Both the position numbers and the translations under genes were made by a program. From the sequence record MF327009: a stretch of 64,000 nucleotides of DNA. One strand, 5' to 3'. Below are positions 30,930-41,202 of the stretch, piece by piece; the stretch's first letter is position 1, and every line of letters starts with the position of its first letter. The notes beneath the pieces were generated by a model. That model saw nothing but the letters and a program-made list of their open reading frames with translations. It was not told the DNA's origin and ran no database searches. Source of the stretch: Shigella phage Sf25.

Positions 30930-31400
30930 TTAATCATGTTTCCACACCCCATCGGTATTTGACCAAAGTCGCTGATTATCTGATCCTCGCCACAGCTTTT
31001 TGGTCGGAAGATTTTTCTCATACTTCCCATCAATAATAACATCAACATATTTAAGCATTTCTAGTTGTTTAATATCTTCAAATTTATATCCTGTCCACAA
31101 CCAAATGCTTTTATTGGGATAAAGATTTTTTACTGTTTGAACAATGCAATGAACAACATCTCGGTTATCAGGATAGAGAGGGTCTCCTCCAGTTATAGTT
31201 AATCCTTCTATATAATCATTATTCAAACATTCAATTAATTGTTCTAGTGTTTCACCAGTGAATGGAACACCGTTTCTAGCGTTCCATGTTGATTTATTAT
31301 AACACCCTTCGCATTTATGCAAACAACCTGTAACGAAAAGAACGACCCTGCAACCAGGGCCATTCACAAAATCACAAGGATAAAATCTATCATAATTCAT
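30930..31400 (-). CDS. nrdG: anaerobic ribonucleotide reductase activase NrdG (radical SAM)
   Basis: 156 aa; cysteine cluster CLHKCEGC. Confidence 0.85.
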   Translation of the reverse strand: MNYDRFYPCDFVNGPGCRVVLFVTGCLHKCEGCYNKSTWNARNGVPFTGETLEQLIECLNNDYIEGLTITGGDPLYPDNRDVVHCIVQTVKNLYPNKSIWLWTGYKFEDIKQLEMLKYVDVIIDGKYEKNLPTKKLWRGSDNQRLWSNTDGVWKHD

Positions 31401-31654
31401 TGATGCTTAACCCTATGCATGATTTCTTTATTTTTACCGAGATTAAATCCGCGCTCGTTAGGATTTCCCAAATAACCAACACCCTTCGCATTTATGCAAA
31501 CAACCTGTAACGAAAAGAACGACCCTGCAACCAGGGCCATTCACAAAATCACAAGGATAAAATCTATCATAATTCATTGATGCTTAACCCTATGCATGAT
31601 TTCTTTATTTTTACCGAGATTAAATCCGCGCTCGTTAGGATTTCCCAAATAACC
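31301..31654. repeat. perfect tandem duplication, 2 x 177 bp, spanning the nrdD 3' end, intergenic region and nrdG 5' end
   Basis: 31301-31477 is identical to 31478-31654; leaves a nrdG 5' fragment (ATG at 31577) between intact nrdD and intact nrdG. Confidence 0.9.
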
Positions 31655-33391
31655 GCATGTTCTTCTTATAGTATTCATCTTTTTGGGATCAGTTTCTCCA
31701 CAAATAGAACAAACAAATCCGTTTTCAGTAGGAGTCATTTCATGGGTGCTTCCGCATGTAAAACATTTATCTACTGGCATATTAACACCAAAATAATCTA
31801 AATGTTGTGCAGCATAATCCCATACGGCCTCAAGACCTTTTAAGTTATTTTTCATATCAGGAAGTTCAACATAAGAAATGTGACCGCCTGTCGCAATGAA
31901 ATGATATGGGGCTTCGCGAGAAATCTTTTCAAACGGAGTAATATTTTCTTCTACTGAAACATGGAAACTGTTAGTGTACCAACCTTTATCGGTAACATCT
32001 TTTACGCTTCCATATTTTTCTGTATCGAGTTTACAGAAGCGATAGCACAGGTTTTCAGCGGGAGTAGAATACAAGCTAAAAGCAAATCCAGTTCTTTCAG
32101 TCCACTGTTTAAGATGAGCATTCATTTTAGTTAAAATTTCTCGTCCAATATCACGACCGACAAGAATATTCAATTCGTGAATACCAATGTATCCTAAAGA
32201 CACTGAACTTCTACCGTTTTTAAATAACTCAATTATGTCGTCATCAGGTTTAAGACGAACCCCGAATGCACCTTCTTGGTAAAGAATAGGAGCAACAGTA
32301 GCTTTAACTCCTTTTAAGGAACTAATTCTACACATCAAAGCTTCAAAACATAAATCCATTCGTTCATTGAATAATTCAGCAAATTTCTGTTCATTGAACT
32401 GTGTTCCAATATAAGAATCTAACGCGATGCGAGGAAGATTCAGTGTTACAACACCAAGATTATTACGTCCATCAAGAATTTCATTACCAGTCGAATCTTT
32501 CCATACGCTCAAGAAACTACGGCAACCCATTGGAGAAACAGGAACAGATGAACCAGTGATAGCTTTATTGTTCTTAGCTGAAATAATATCAGGATACATC
32601 CTTTTGCTTGCACACTCTAGAGCAAGCTGCTTAATATCATAGTTCGGATCGTCTTTGTAAAGATTAACGCCTTCTTCGACGAACATAACAAGCTTAGGAA
32701 AAATAGGAGTTATCCCATCACGACCGAGACCTTTAATACGATTTTTCAGAATTGCTTTCTGAATCATTCGTTCAGTCCAGTCAGTTCCCGTACCAAATGT
32801 AATTGTTACAAAAGGCGTTTGCCCGTTTGAACTAAAGAGAGTATTTACTTCATATTCATAAGCTTGAAATGCATCGTATACGTCTTTTTCTGTTTTAGAT
32901 TGAGCATAATTCAACGCATCAGCGATTTGCCATTTTTCTGCATCCTCAATATGTTTTGCATAGGTGCGTTTAACATAAGGAGAAAGTACTTTATCTACAT
33001 TCGCAAAAGTCGTTCCGCCGTATTGGTGAGAAGCAACCTGTGCAGTAATTTGTGCCATAATTGCAGTAGCAACGCCAATTGATTTAGGAGTTTCAATCTG
33101 TGCATTACCAAGCTTAAATCCGTTCTCAAGCATTCCTTTTAAATCTACTAAACAGCAATTAGTAAATGGAAGAGCAGGGGAATAATCAATATCGTGGAAA
33201 TGGATAATTCCGCTTTCATGTGCTTTCATAATAAAAGACGGGACCATATTTTTGGCAATGTGTTTAGACACAATACCAGCCATAAGGTCCCGTTGAGTTG
33301 GAAAAACACGAGAATCTTTATTAGCATTCTCGTTTAAAAGGTCTTTATTAGTTTTATGAATCAATCCTTCAATTTCTTTTTCAATTGTCAT
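31574..33391 (-). CDS. nrdD: anaerobic ribonucleoside-triphosphate reductase NrdD (intronless)
   Basis: 605 aa; glycyl-radical motif RRTCGYLG near the C-terminus; no intron interrupts the frame. Confidence 0.9.
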   Translation of the reverse strand: MTIEKEIEGLIHKTNKDLLNENANKDSRVFPTQRDLMAGIVSKHIAKNMVPSFIMKAHESGIIHFHDIDYSPALPFTNCCLVDLKGMLENGFKLGNAQIETPKSIGVATAIMAQITAQVASHQYGGTTFANVDKVLSPYVKRTYAKHIEDAEKWQIADALNYAQSKTEKDVYDAFQAYEYEVNTLFSSNGQTPFVTITFGTGTDWTERMIQKAILKNRIKGLGRDGITPIFPKLVMFVEEGVNLYKDDPNYDIKQLALECASKRMYPDIISAKNNKAITGSSVPVSPMGCRSFLSVWKDSTGNEILDGRNNLGVVTLNLPRIALDSYIGTQFNEQKFAELFNERMDLCFEALMCRISSLKGVKATVAPILYQEGAFGVRLKPDDDIIELFKNGRSSVSLGYIGIHELNILVGRDIGREILTKMNAHLKQWTERTGFAFSLYSTPAENLCYRFCKLDTEKYGSVKDVTDKGWYTNSFHVSVEENITPFEKISREAPYHFIATGGHISYVELPDMKNNLKGLEAVWDYAAQHLDYFGVNMPVDKCFTCGSTHEMTPTENGFVCSICGETDPKKMNTIRRTCGYLGNPNERGFNLGKNKEIMHRVKHQ

Positions 33392-33861
33392 TTTAAACTC
33401 TTTCTAAGCTGCTTCTTAAATGAAGCTATTAACTGTGTTTTAGTGTCAGATTCATTATATTCAAATCCTCTTTGAAGCATCTCGGCCATCATTTCCTCTT
33501 TTCCTAAACGAGAAAATTCCTTTGATTTATCTCCAACAAAGTTAGGGTGAATATTATTTTGGGTGTAATCGGATTTTAAATAAGTAAGTAAATTTTCTAA
33601 CCATTCAAGATAATCAACACCTTGTCCCTTTAAGCCAGAACGATTAAATTTGTGCTTCATTTGACCTTCTGTGGCATTGCAGAGATTACAAAGCAATCCA
33701 CGTACTTTTCCTGCTTTTGGTCCATTTAATTCATGGTCATGGTCGAGGTGATTAGCTTGAACGTCAGGATTTAGTTCTCGTTGGCAAATTAAGCATTTAC
33801 CGTTTTGTGCATCATAAAATTTCTGTTTTTCTTCTTTATATAATTTGCCAGTCAATAACAT
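33388..33861 (-). CDS. 49: endonuclease VII (gp49), Holliday-junction resolvase
   Basis: 157 aa with zinc-binding Cys pairs and His-rich HNH-like core (NHLDHDHELNG). Confidence 0.8.
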   Translation of the reverse strand: MLLTGKLYKEEKQKFYDAQNGKCLICQRELNPDVQANHLDHDHELNGPKAGKVRGLLCNLCNATEGQMKHKFNRSGLKGQGVDYLEWLENLLTYLKSDYTQNNIHPNFVGDKSKEFSRLGKEEMMAEMLQRGFEYNESDTKTQLIASFKKQLRKSLK

Positions 33862-33903
33862 AATAAAACCCTTACCTTAAATAGATAAGGGTATTTATTA
33901 TTT

Positions 33904-34407
33904 TCAAGTATTGTAAAACATTTGATTCAATCGCTTATATTGCCGAATCTTTTGGTCAGAAAAAGAAATTTGAGTTTCAAGCCATTCAATATATTCTGCC
34001 GCAGCTTGCATCAAATTTCCTTCATAGCCATCGTTATTTTCTTGTGCAGCTAATTTAGCTAATGCATATGAAATACGTTCACCTTGAAAATCGGCTTTAG
34101 GCTTCTGAACAACTTGATTAGTTCGCTCTACAACTTCTTCAATTTCGCCATTTTCGACTGATTCAGTATTCCACAAGCACCAATACGTAATTGGCTTATC
34201 GTAGATGTTAATAATCTTTCCATCAGAAAGTTCAATTTCAATAATTCCAGTGTCAGGCTCTATATCATCTTCACATTCTTTTGCAAGTTCACGAACTTTA
34301 AAGACAGTACCTGCACTAAGTTCCGGCCAGTAATTACACAGCCCTTTATCAGCACGATTAATTCTAAACCACTTATTTACTGCAATCATGTCCCATCTCC
34401 ATATCAA
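33904..34407 (-). CDS. hypothetical protein (167 aa); possible Pin-like by position
   Basis: Sits where T4 has pin, but the sequence is not recognised with certainty. Confidence 0.35.
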   Translation of the reverse strand: MIWRWDMIAVNKWFRINRADKGLCNYWPELSAGTVFKVRELAKECEDDIEPDTGIIEIELSDGKIINIYDKPITYWCLWNTESVENGEIEEVVERTNQVVQKPKADFQGERISYALAKLAAQENNDGYEGNLMQAAAEYIEWLETQISFSDQKIRQYKRLNQMFYNT

Positions 34408-34512
34408 TTAAGTCATTTATTGTTGGTTCATTATATACTGTTTCTTCATCAGTGTAAACCGGTTCTTCCGGCTCTGGCTCTACAGTTTCCCATCTAGCCG
34501 CCCACCAAGGTT

Positions 34513-34833
34513 TTATAGCGTAATCCATTCTCGTACTGTCTGAGTTACTACACGTTCACGGGGCTCGACTAGTTCAACAGTCGGAACTGCATAATACCAG
34601 TCAGAATGATAAGAACCTGAGCGAGTTTCATTTACGGAAACATGTACATTGTGTTTTGGACTAAAATAAACACACTGACGATATTGGCATTTACCATCTT
34701 GCACCCAGTCTTCTATTTCGATAGGTTTAAGATAATCCGAAAAATCGAAATCATAATTTTCTGAAAATGCATCATGGTCTTCGATGATTTCACTCAGAAC
34801 TGCATCAACATCTAATTTATTTTCAATATTCAT
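34513..34833 (-). CDS. hypothetical acidic protein (106 aa)
   Basis: Minus-strand ORF. Confidence 0.4.
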   Translation of the reverse strand: MNIENKLDVDAVLSEIIEDHDAFSENYDFDFSDYLKPIEIEDWVQDGKCQYRQCVYFSPKHNVHVSVNETRSGSYHSDWYYAVPTVELVEPRERVVTQTVREWITL

Positions 34834-34843
34834 TTTTCACCAA

Positions 34844-35053
34844 TTAATTTCGCAATTTATTAAGTTCTTCATAATCAATCCATGATTCTAGTCCTGATGG
34901 CAAATCAGATTCAATTTCCCAAAGAAGTTCTTCAATTTTCTGAAGACGATCTAGTTCTTCAGCAGGAATAGTAACCATTGACGGAGTTCTTGATACGCTA
35001 ATATCGTAAATCATATTTACCCCAGTTTGACCATACAATCGCCGTATTTCCAT
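34844..35053 (-). CDS. hypothetical protein (69 aa)
   Basis: Minus-strand ORF. Confidence 0.35.
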   Translation of the reverse strand: MEIRRLYGQTGVNMIYDISVSRTPSMVTIPAEELDRLQKIEELLWEIESDLPSGLESWIDYEELNKLRN

Positions 35054-35232
35054 TTAGAAATAGACTTTTCACCATTAGAATAATAAACTTCGAGTTTAGC
35101 ACGGTTATTTTTAATTTGAATAACTTTGGCTGTCATCAAAGTTCCATAACCATAGTAAACTGCGACTTCATCACCTACATATACCGCGCTTCCGCGGTAG
35201 TCATGGATATAATCAGTTCCTTCGAGCATCAT
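35017..35232 (-). CDS. hypothetical protein (71 aa)
   Basis: Minus-strand ORF. Confidence 0.35.
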   Translation of the reverse strand: MMLEGTDYIHDYRGSAVYVGDEVAVYYGYGTLMTAKVIQIKNNRAKLEVYYSNGEKSISKWKYGDCMVKLG

Positions 35233-35492
35233 TTAAAGTATTCCCGCAATTGGTCAAATCCACCAATATGACTTCCATCAGGAGCAAATACTTGTGGCAT
35301 CGTCAAACCAATTTGAGTATCACGACCTAGTTTCGTCAGAAGCTCAGCAATTTTCTCATCATCAAAAACACCTTTTTCCGGCATAATGTTGATAAATTCA
35401 AACGGCTGTTTCTTTACAGTCAAAAGACGTTTTGCATTATCGCAATACACACATTTATGGATGTTGCTATTATAACCATATACTTTAAACAT
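35229..35492 (-). CDS. nrdC: thioredoxin/glutaredoxin NrdC
   Basis: 87 aa, CVYC active site; matches T4 NrdC as recalled. Confidence 0.8.
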   Translation of the reverse strand: MFKVYGYNSNIHKCVYCDNAKRLLTVKKQPFEFINIMPEKGVFDDEKIAELLTKLGRDTQIGLTMPQVFAPDGSHIGGFDQLREYFK

Positions 35493-35493
35493 A

Positions 35494-35736
35494 TTATTCC
35501 TTAATTCCTAGTACTTGTTTAAAAGTCTCGTCGTAATCAAGACTTTGACCCGTTTGTTCTTTATGTTTGTATATAATATCACTTACTTCTGATAGCATAT
35601 TTTTATATGAACGAGTTAAAGCAGATTTAAGCACGCTGTATCTATCAGGAAATTTACCATGTTCATTATAATAAGCTATTGCTAATTCACGGACTGCCTT
35701 TTCAGCAGCCTCCATATATTCTTTACGCTTGGTCAT
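35494..35736 (-). CDS. hypothetical protein (80 aa)
   Basis: Minus-strand ORF. Confidence 0.4.
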   Translation of the reverse strand: MTKRKEYMEAAEKAVRELAIAYYNEHGKFPDRYSVLKSALTRSYKNMLSEVSDIIYKHKEQTGQSLDYDETFKQVLGIKE

Positions 35737-35738
35737 TT

Positions 35739-36128
35739 TTAATCCAAAATATTATTAGGCATTGGTTGAACACTCACAAGTTCTTTAAAGAACTCAGTAG
35801 AGTCAGGCAATTTAACCATTTCCGGAGCATGCTTACTGAATTTATGTTTACATTGACGGCATTTATATTCAAGCTCTGGTTTACGCCAGTTAATCAATTG
35901 AACTTGTTCAGTACCGCATTCAGGGCAATTAGGAACGTTTTTAGAAGCCCTTTCACGACGTTCAACCATAACCATAATAGCATCCCATGCTGGAGGTTTA
36001 AAATCTAAATCGTCGCAGCCGTGAATCTTTCCACGCATTTCCATATCATCTTCCTCACCAGCCATAATAATTTTAATTAAACTGGAATTACTTGAAGCTG
36101 CAATGTCTTCTAATAAACGCTTTTTCAT
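35739..36128 (-). CDS. zinc-ribbon protein (129 aa)
   Basis: CPEC...CRQC four-Cys zinc-ribbon motif. Confidence 0.45.
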   Translation of the reverse strand: MKKRLLEDIAASSNSSLIKIIMAGEEDDMEMRGKIHGCDDLDFKPPAWDAIMVMVERRERASKNVPNCPECGTEQVQLINWRKPELEYKCRQCKHKFSKHAPEMVKLPDSTEFFKELVSVQPMPNNILD

Positions 36129-36874
36129 TTCAATACCTCAATAGCATTACGTAAACCATTTGCTTTTGCATTAAGAGCTTTTAACAATTTGGTGTGTTCT
36201 GCAATTTGGGCTTCAACTTCAATCAAACGGGCATTGAGATATTCACGTTCTTCACTCAGATTATCAACCTTTTCTACTTTAGGCTCTTTTACAACTGTCT
36301 TATATGTATTAGGGTTCTTCAGTTTAATTAGAATGCGTGAACTGTATAACATTGAACCATTATCTTCGGTTTCGTCATACATTTCCACTACGTCCATAAT
36401 TTTTAACATCATGCGGAGTTTATAAGACAACGAACGAATAGTTTTGTTGTGCTTATTAATTTCTTTAGCTGTCATGGTGCCAAGATTACGTGAGTAATAA
36501 TAAGGAACCTGGATATTAATTAATACTGATGAACCACCTGGCTTGTGTGTTACTTCATCAGCAATAACCCAGTCCTTAACATGAACTGTATTTGTACGGT
36601 CATCGCCCGCGGTAAATAGTTTGCGAGCATGCTTAAAAAGCATATTCACTTGGTCATTGAATTGACAAGCAAATTTATCAGCAAATTTAGTTTCAGGAAT
36701 GGTAGAAAACCAATCAGCCAAATGAGTCTTTTTAACATCATTAACAATAGTAAATTCAACCAAATCGGTTATAGATGTCTCAGATTTAATGAAGCTCGGC
36801 TTCATAAAGTTTTTAATGTTCTCATGAGCTACAGTAGAAGATAACATACGAGAACGTTTAAACCATTCAAGCAA
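36125..36874 (-). CDS. hypothetical protein with C-terminal coiled coil (249 aa)
   Basis: C-terminal 45 aa heptad-like ([42 protein letters not shown]). Confidence 0.45.
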   Translation of the reverse strand: MLEWFKRSRMLSSTVAHENIKNFMKPSFIKSETSITDLVEFTIVNDVKKTHLADWFSTIPETKFADKFACQFNDQVNMLFKHARKLFTAGDDRTNTVHVKDWVIADEVTHKPGGSSVLINIQVPYYYSRNLGTMTAKEINKHNKTIRSLSYKLRMMLKIMDVVEMYDETEDNGSMLYSSRILIKLKNPNTYKTVVKEPKVEKVDNLSEEREYLNARLIEVEAQIAEHTKLLKALNAKANGLRNAIEVLK

Positions 36875-37059
36875 ATTGCCTAACGAATGAGAATAAGCGT
36901 TTTGAGTATCTTTACAGATATGATTTTCCTGACCAACATATTGAAGGAAATCACGAAGAATATTATTGATTACTGCTCTGTGTCCTATCTGATAATTACG
37001 ATGTTTAGTAATAAGACTGTGGTTAATGGTTTATACTCCGAGCCATACTTGGCTTTAAA

Positions 37060-38361
37060 TTACTTAATTAACTGTAAAGCTTGTTCAAGACGATCAAGAC
37101 GATTAACGGATTCTTCCCAAATCTTTTTAGCACTTTCATATTCTTTTTCTGCTTTATTTTTAATTTCTAAAGCTTCTTTATAAGCTTTTTCTAGTGCAAT
37201 AACTTCTGGACGAATTTCTATTGGCTCAGGAGAATCATCGAGCCAATCCATCAATTCTTCAAGTGTGGTTTCTTCTTTAGGAGCATTCACAATTTCTTCA
37301 CATTTCTTCTGATGAATTTCTTTATCTGTTAGTGAATAAGCACATTTCACTTCACGAAGACTAATTACAATTTTATATCCTTCCCATCCGCATATATTCT
37401 TAAAAGGATATGTATGAATATTTTCTACTGTTTCCATACAAAGTAATGCAGTCTCTAACTGACGAGTTATAGTGCTAGCAATTGAGAAAAATTTATTAAT
37501 ATTCTTTTGGTTAGCGTTTGGTGTAAAAAATCCATAATTCACAAAAATAGCTACTTTATTTTCATCAAGCTCATATTCTAGTGAATAAGCACATTTCACT
37601 TCACGAAGACTAATTACAATTTTATATCCTTCCCATCCGCATATATTCTTAAAAGGATATGTATGAATATTTTCTACTGTTTCCATACAAAGTAATGCAG
37701 TCTCTAACTGACGAGTTATAGTGCTAGCAATTGAGAAAAATTTATTAATATTCTTTTGGTTAGCGTTTGGTGTAAAAAATCCATAATTCACAAAAATAGC
37801 TACTTTATTTTCATCAAGCTCATATTCTTTTACGATAATCATATCAGAAGCCAAAGGATGAATTTGACGATAATCGCCATAACATAATTTAGAAGCTGAT
37901 TTTAGAATTTGTCCTTTGAAAAGTCTGAAATTACTAATCCAACGACGAGTAAAAATATTCTCAGGGTCTTCTTTATTATTAAGATGATAAGAATTAACAT
38001 CACCGAACCAATTATATCCTACTACATCTTTGGTTCGTTTAATTTCTTTCCCAAAATTACCAAGAATATCCCGATTAACCAAATATGAAAGAAGACGAGA
38101 CTCTTTAAAGGTTTTCTTGATATTATCTTTATCTACACGGCTAGAAATTTTACGAATTTCATGAATAAATTTAGTAGAAGAAACAATACTTGCATCAACA
38201 CTATTGAGCCATTGATTGATAATGGAAAGAACGATATTTTGACCAAACATCGGTATAGCTTTATCATCAATAACGCTATTGAATGATTTGATATATTCGT
38301 TACGAGTCATATTAATCTCCTCAGTAGAAAGTAAGAACATTATACCACATCCTTGTGGCAA
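37060..38361 (-). CDS. hypothetical protein with C-terminal coiled coil and in-frame 83-aa internal duplication
   Basis: 433 aa as given; block YELDENKVAIFVNYGFF...REVKCAYSL occurs twice; likely real start MTRNEYIKSF. Confidence 0.45.
   Translation of the reverse strand: MPQGCGIMFLLSTEEINMTRNEYIKSFNSVIDDKAIPMFGQNIVLSIINQWLNSVDASIVSSTKFIHEIRKISSRVDKDNIKKTFKESRLLSYLVNRDILGNFGKEIKRTKDVVGYNWFGDVNSYHLNNKEDPENIFTRRWISNFRLFKGQILKSASKLCYGDYRQIHPLASDMIIVKEYELDENKVAIFVNYGFFTPNANQKNINKFFSIASTITRQLETALLCMETVENIHTYPFKNICGWEGYKIVISLREVKCAYSLEYELDENKVAIFVNYGFFTPNANQKNINKFFSIASTITRQLETALLCMETVENIHTYPFKNICGWEGYKIVISLREVKCAYSLTDKEIHQKKCEEIVNAPKEETTLEELMDWLDDSPEPIEIRPEVIALEKAYKEALEIKNKAEKEYESAKKIWEESVNRLDRLEQALQLIK
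37331..37828. repeat. perfect tandem duplication, 2 x 249 bp
   Basis: 37331-37579 is identical to 37580-37828; in-frame. Confidence 0.9.
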
Positions 38362-38367
38362 AGTAAA

Positions 38368-39642
38368 CTAGTTCAGTGCATTTAGTGCATTGTTCAGTTT
38401 AGAACGTTGCTTCGTGAGATTTTTGACTTTTTCTTGTGCTTTTTCTAGCATCTTTTCAGCTTCTAACACTTCATTGGTCGCTTTAACGAGTTCATCATCT
38501 ACTGCCTTAAGGGACTTCTCAATCGCATCCGCGTGCCATTTTTCAACAGGTTTAAGACTCGGATTTTCAATAGGAAGAAAATTCACTTTATTGAATTTCC
38601 ATGCATCTTTATTACCTGAACTATACATCCAAAATTTAGGATCGTTTGATGAGTAATTGGATAAATTTAAATTTAAGTTATCTTGCACTTCTTGCTTTTT
38701 CTCTTGCGTGACTTCGTCCTTTCTCAAAAAATCGTATTTAAATGAAACGATCATATCAAGTTCATATGTTGTTGTGTCTAATTTAAATCGTTCGAAATGC
38801 TGTGAAATCTTAGACTGAATAGGAAGAAAATTCACTTTATTGAATTTCCATGCATCTTTATTACCTGAACTATACATCCAAAATTTAGGATCGTTTGATG
38901 AGTAATTGGATAAATTTAAATTTAAGTTATCTTGCACTTCTTGCTTTTTCTCTTGCGTGACTTCGTCCTTTCTCAAAAAATCGTATTTAAATGAAACGAT
39001 CATATCAAGTTCATATGTTGTTGTGTCTAATTTAAATCGTTCGAAATGCTGTGAAATCTTAGACTGAACAGCAGCAACAACATCCATATACTTAAATGCT
39101 TCTGTCAACTGTGATTTAAGACATTCGCAAATTGAAAGAGAATTTTTTGTATTAGGTTTAAAGCTAATTCGTGCAGTTCTATTATTTTCTTTTAATGGTC
39201 TTACTTCCATCTGAAGAGTATAACCATCAAATTTCAGGTTCTTTAAGTTAATATCAGAACCTTTTAATCGACTCGCAGTTGATAAAATTTGCTTTAATTG
39301 TCTACGGAATAGAGCAATAAATCTCCATTCAATACGATAATGATTTGGATTGAAAAATCCAGATGATAAATCGACCTTACTTTGACCAACGCCTTGAACA
39401 AATAGAGGATTTTTATAATCAATAGTTTTACAGAAATCGGTTAGCTGCTCACGAGCAGTCATTTGTGTAATATACCCCGCTTTACTAAAATGACGTAACC
39501 ATTCACTGCTATTCATATATTTAAAGTGAATATCACGATTAACTTTATCAGGGTCTAAATTATTTTGGCACAAAAATGTCATAACATCACGAGTATAGCT
39601 GGCATTACGAATCATATCTTCAATTTGAGAACGAGTTTTCAT
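38368..39642 (-). CDS. hypothetical protein with C-terminal coiled coil and in-frame 83-aa internal duplication
   Basis: 424 aa as given; block ...SKISQHFERFKLDTTTYELDMIVSFKYDF...KVNFLP occurs twice. Confidence 0.45.
   Translation of the reverse strand: MKTRSQIEDMIRNASYTRDVMTFLCQNNLDPDKVNRDIHFKYMNSSEWLRHFSKAGYITQMTAREQLTDFCKTIDYKNPLFVQGVGQSKVDLSSGFFNPNHYRIEWRFIALFRRQLKQILSTASRLKGSDINLKNLKFDGYTLQMEVRPLKENNRTARISFKPNTKNSLSICECLKSQLTEAFKYMDVVAAVQSKISQHFERFKLDTTTYELDMIVSFKYDFLRKDEVTQEKKQEVQDNLNLNLSNYSSNDPKFWMYSSGNKDAWKFNKVNFLPIQSKISQHFERFKLDTTTYELDMIVSFKYDFLRKDEVTQEKKQEVQDNLNLNLSNYSSNDPKFWMYSSGNKDAWKFNKVNFLPIENPSLKPVEKWHADAIEKSLKAVDDELVKATNEVLEAEKMLEKAQEKVKNLTKQRSKLNNALNALN
38569..39066. repeat. 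perfect tandem duplication, 2 x 249 bp
   Basis: 38569-38817 is identical to 38818-39066; in-frame. Confidence 0.9.
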
Positions 39643-39650
39643 GGTGTTCC

Positions 39651-40808
39651 TTAAGATTTAAGTAAATCAACAATTTTAATTAACTTTTCACGCTCGGATT
39701 TAGCTTTACTACTCAGTCCAGATAGTCTGAAAATTTCATCATCATATTGTTGAATAGAAATATTCAGCTCTTCAATCTGTTTATTAAAATAATCAATTTG
39801 TTCAGAATGTTTTTCGTTACTACGAACTGGTACAGGTTTTGTAGGCAATTTAGTTGAACTGGATTCATCCGGGCGATAAATTAAAATACAACTTGAACCA
39901 ATAGGGCATTTTGCACCAGATGAATATTCTAATGTTCCAGCTTCTTTTAAAACTTCAAAAGCTAAACAGAGATGATGCCCCATATTAACATAATCTGTAG
40001 AGTGAGCTCTGATCAGCTCTTCAATCTGTTTATTAAAATAATCAATTTGTTCAGAATGTTTTTCGTTACTACGAACTGGTACAGGTTTTGTAGGCAATTT
40101 AGTTGAACTGGATTCATCCGGGCGATAAATTAAAATACAACTTGAACCAATAGGGCATTTTGCACCAGATGAATATTCTAATGTTCCAGCTTCTTTTAAA
40201 ACTTCAAAAGCTAAACAGAGATGATGCCCCATATTAACATAATCTGTAGAGTGAGCTCTGATGTAATAATCATCTCCACGAATACTAAATTTAAAGCATT
40301 TAAGGTCTTCTGTATTATTGGTCTTAAAAATCATTTGTTTATCTAGACCTTTAGCTAATCGAGCGCCTAATGCTAATAATCGTCGTTGATTTTCCCACAA
40401 ATCCGCAATCATTTGATCGAATGATAATTTCGGCATTAGTCGACCATAAAGGTCATATCCTTTATTATAATTGCGAAGGATTTCACTCGCATTAATACGA
40501 GACAACGCTCCAATTTTATTAAGGGCTTTCATGATGCGATTAGATAAACCCATTCCAGACCCGTTTGTTCGTTGTAAATGTTTATCTAATCCAAACCCAA
40601 TATCAACTTTAAATTTATCTAAAATTTCAGCATGAACATCTCTGTCAATAACATTCAAATCCAAAGTTTGGTTAAATCTATGAAAAAATTTATCTGGCTC
40701 TCCACGACGAAGTACAGTCCATTCATTCAATTTTTTATTAACTAAAGATTTAATTACTGCATTGACATTATTAATTACTACTGACATATTTTCCTCACTC
40801 AATTTCAA
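39651..40808 (-). CDS. hypothetical protein with C-terminal coiled coil and in-frame 83-aa internal duplication
   Basis: 385 aa as given; block RAHSTDYVNMGHHLCLAFEVLKEAGT...NKQIEEL occurs twice. Confidence 0.45.
   Translation of the reverse strand: MKLSEENMSVVINNVNAVIKSLVNKKLNEWTVLRRGEPDKFFHRFNQTLDLNVIDRDVHAEILDKFKVDIGFGLDKHLQRTNGSGMGLSNRIMKALNKIGALSRINASEILRNYNKGYDLYGRLMPKLSFDQMIADLWENQRRLLALGARLAKGLDKQMIFKTNNTEDLKCFKFSIRGDDYYIRAHSTDYVNMGHHLCLAFEVLKEAGTLEYSSGAKCPIGSSCILIYRPDESSSTKLPTKPVPVRSNEKHSEQIDYFNKQIEELIRAHSTDYVNMGHHLCLAFEVLKEAGTLEYSSGAKCPIGSSCILIYRPDESSSTKLPTKPVPVRSNEKHSEQIDYFNKQIEELNISIQQYDDEIFRLSGLSSKAKSEREKLIKIVDLLKS
39765..40262. repeat. perfect tandem duplication, 2 x 249 bp
   Basis: 39765-40013 is identical to 40014-40262; in-frame. 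Confidence 0.9.
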
Positions 40809-41202
40809 TTTTACTAAATATACAGAATAAGATGGAACAGACTATATAAGCACCACACACAGATTGAACTAATACCATTCCAAAGAACCAAACAATATTA
40901 TCAAACAATGTCTGTTTTACGTCGAAAGGACGTAAACTTACAGTAATATTATCGCCTTTTTCTATTGATGAATACATCTCTGGTGAAATATATTCGCTAA
41001 ATCTATAACCGTCTTTGAGTTCATATACGGCAATAAACGATAAACTAGACCCCTTTACTTGAGTTCCTGTAAGGGTATTAACTACAGTAACATCATAATC
41101 TTTATAATGCATATAATCATTAATTGCGTAATAACCATATGCAACTACTACACATAAACAACATATCAATAAATTCAATCTTTTAATTATCAACTGTTTC
41201 AT
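40795..41202 (-). CDS. membrane protein (135 aa)
   Basis: N- and C-terminal hydrophobic segments. Confidence 0.45.
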   Translation of the reverse strand: MKQLIIKRLNLLICCLCVVVAYGYYAINDYMHYKDYDVTVVNTLTGTQVKGSSLSFIAVYELKDGYRFSEYISPEMYSSIEKGDNITVSLRPFDVKQTLFDNIVWFFGMVLVQSVCGAYIVCSILFCIFSKIEIE

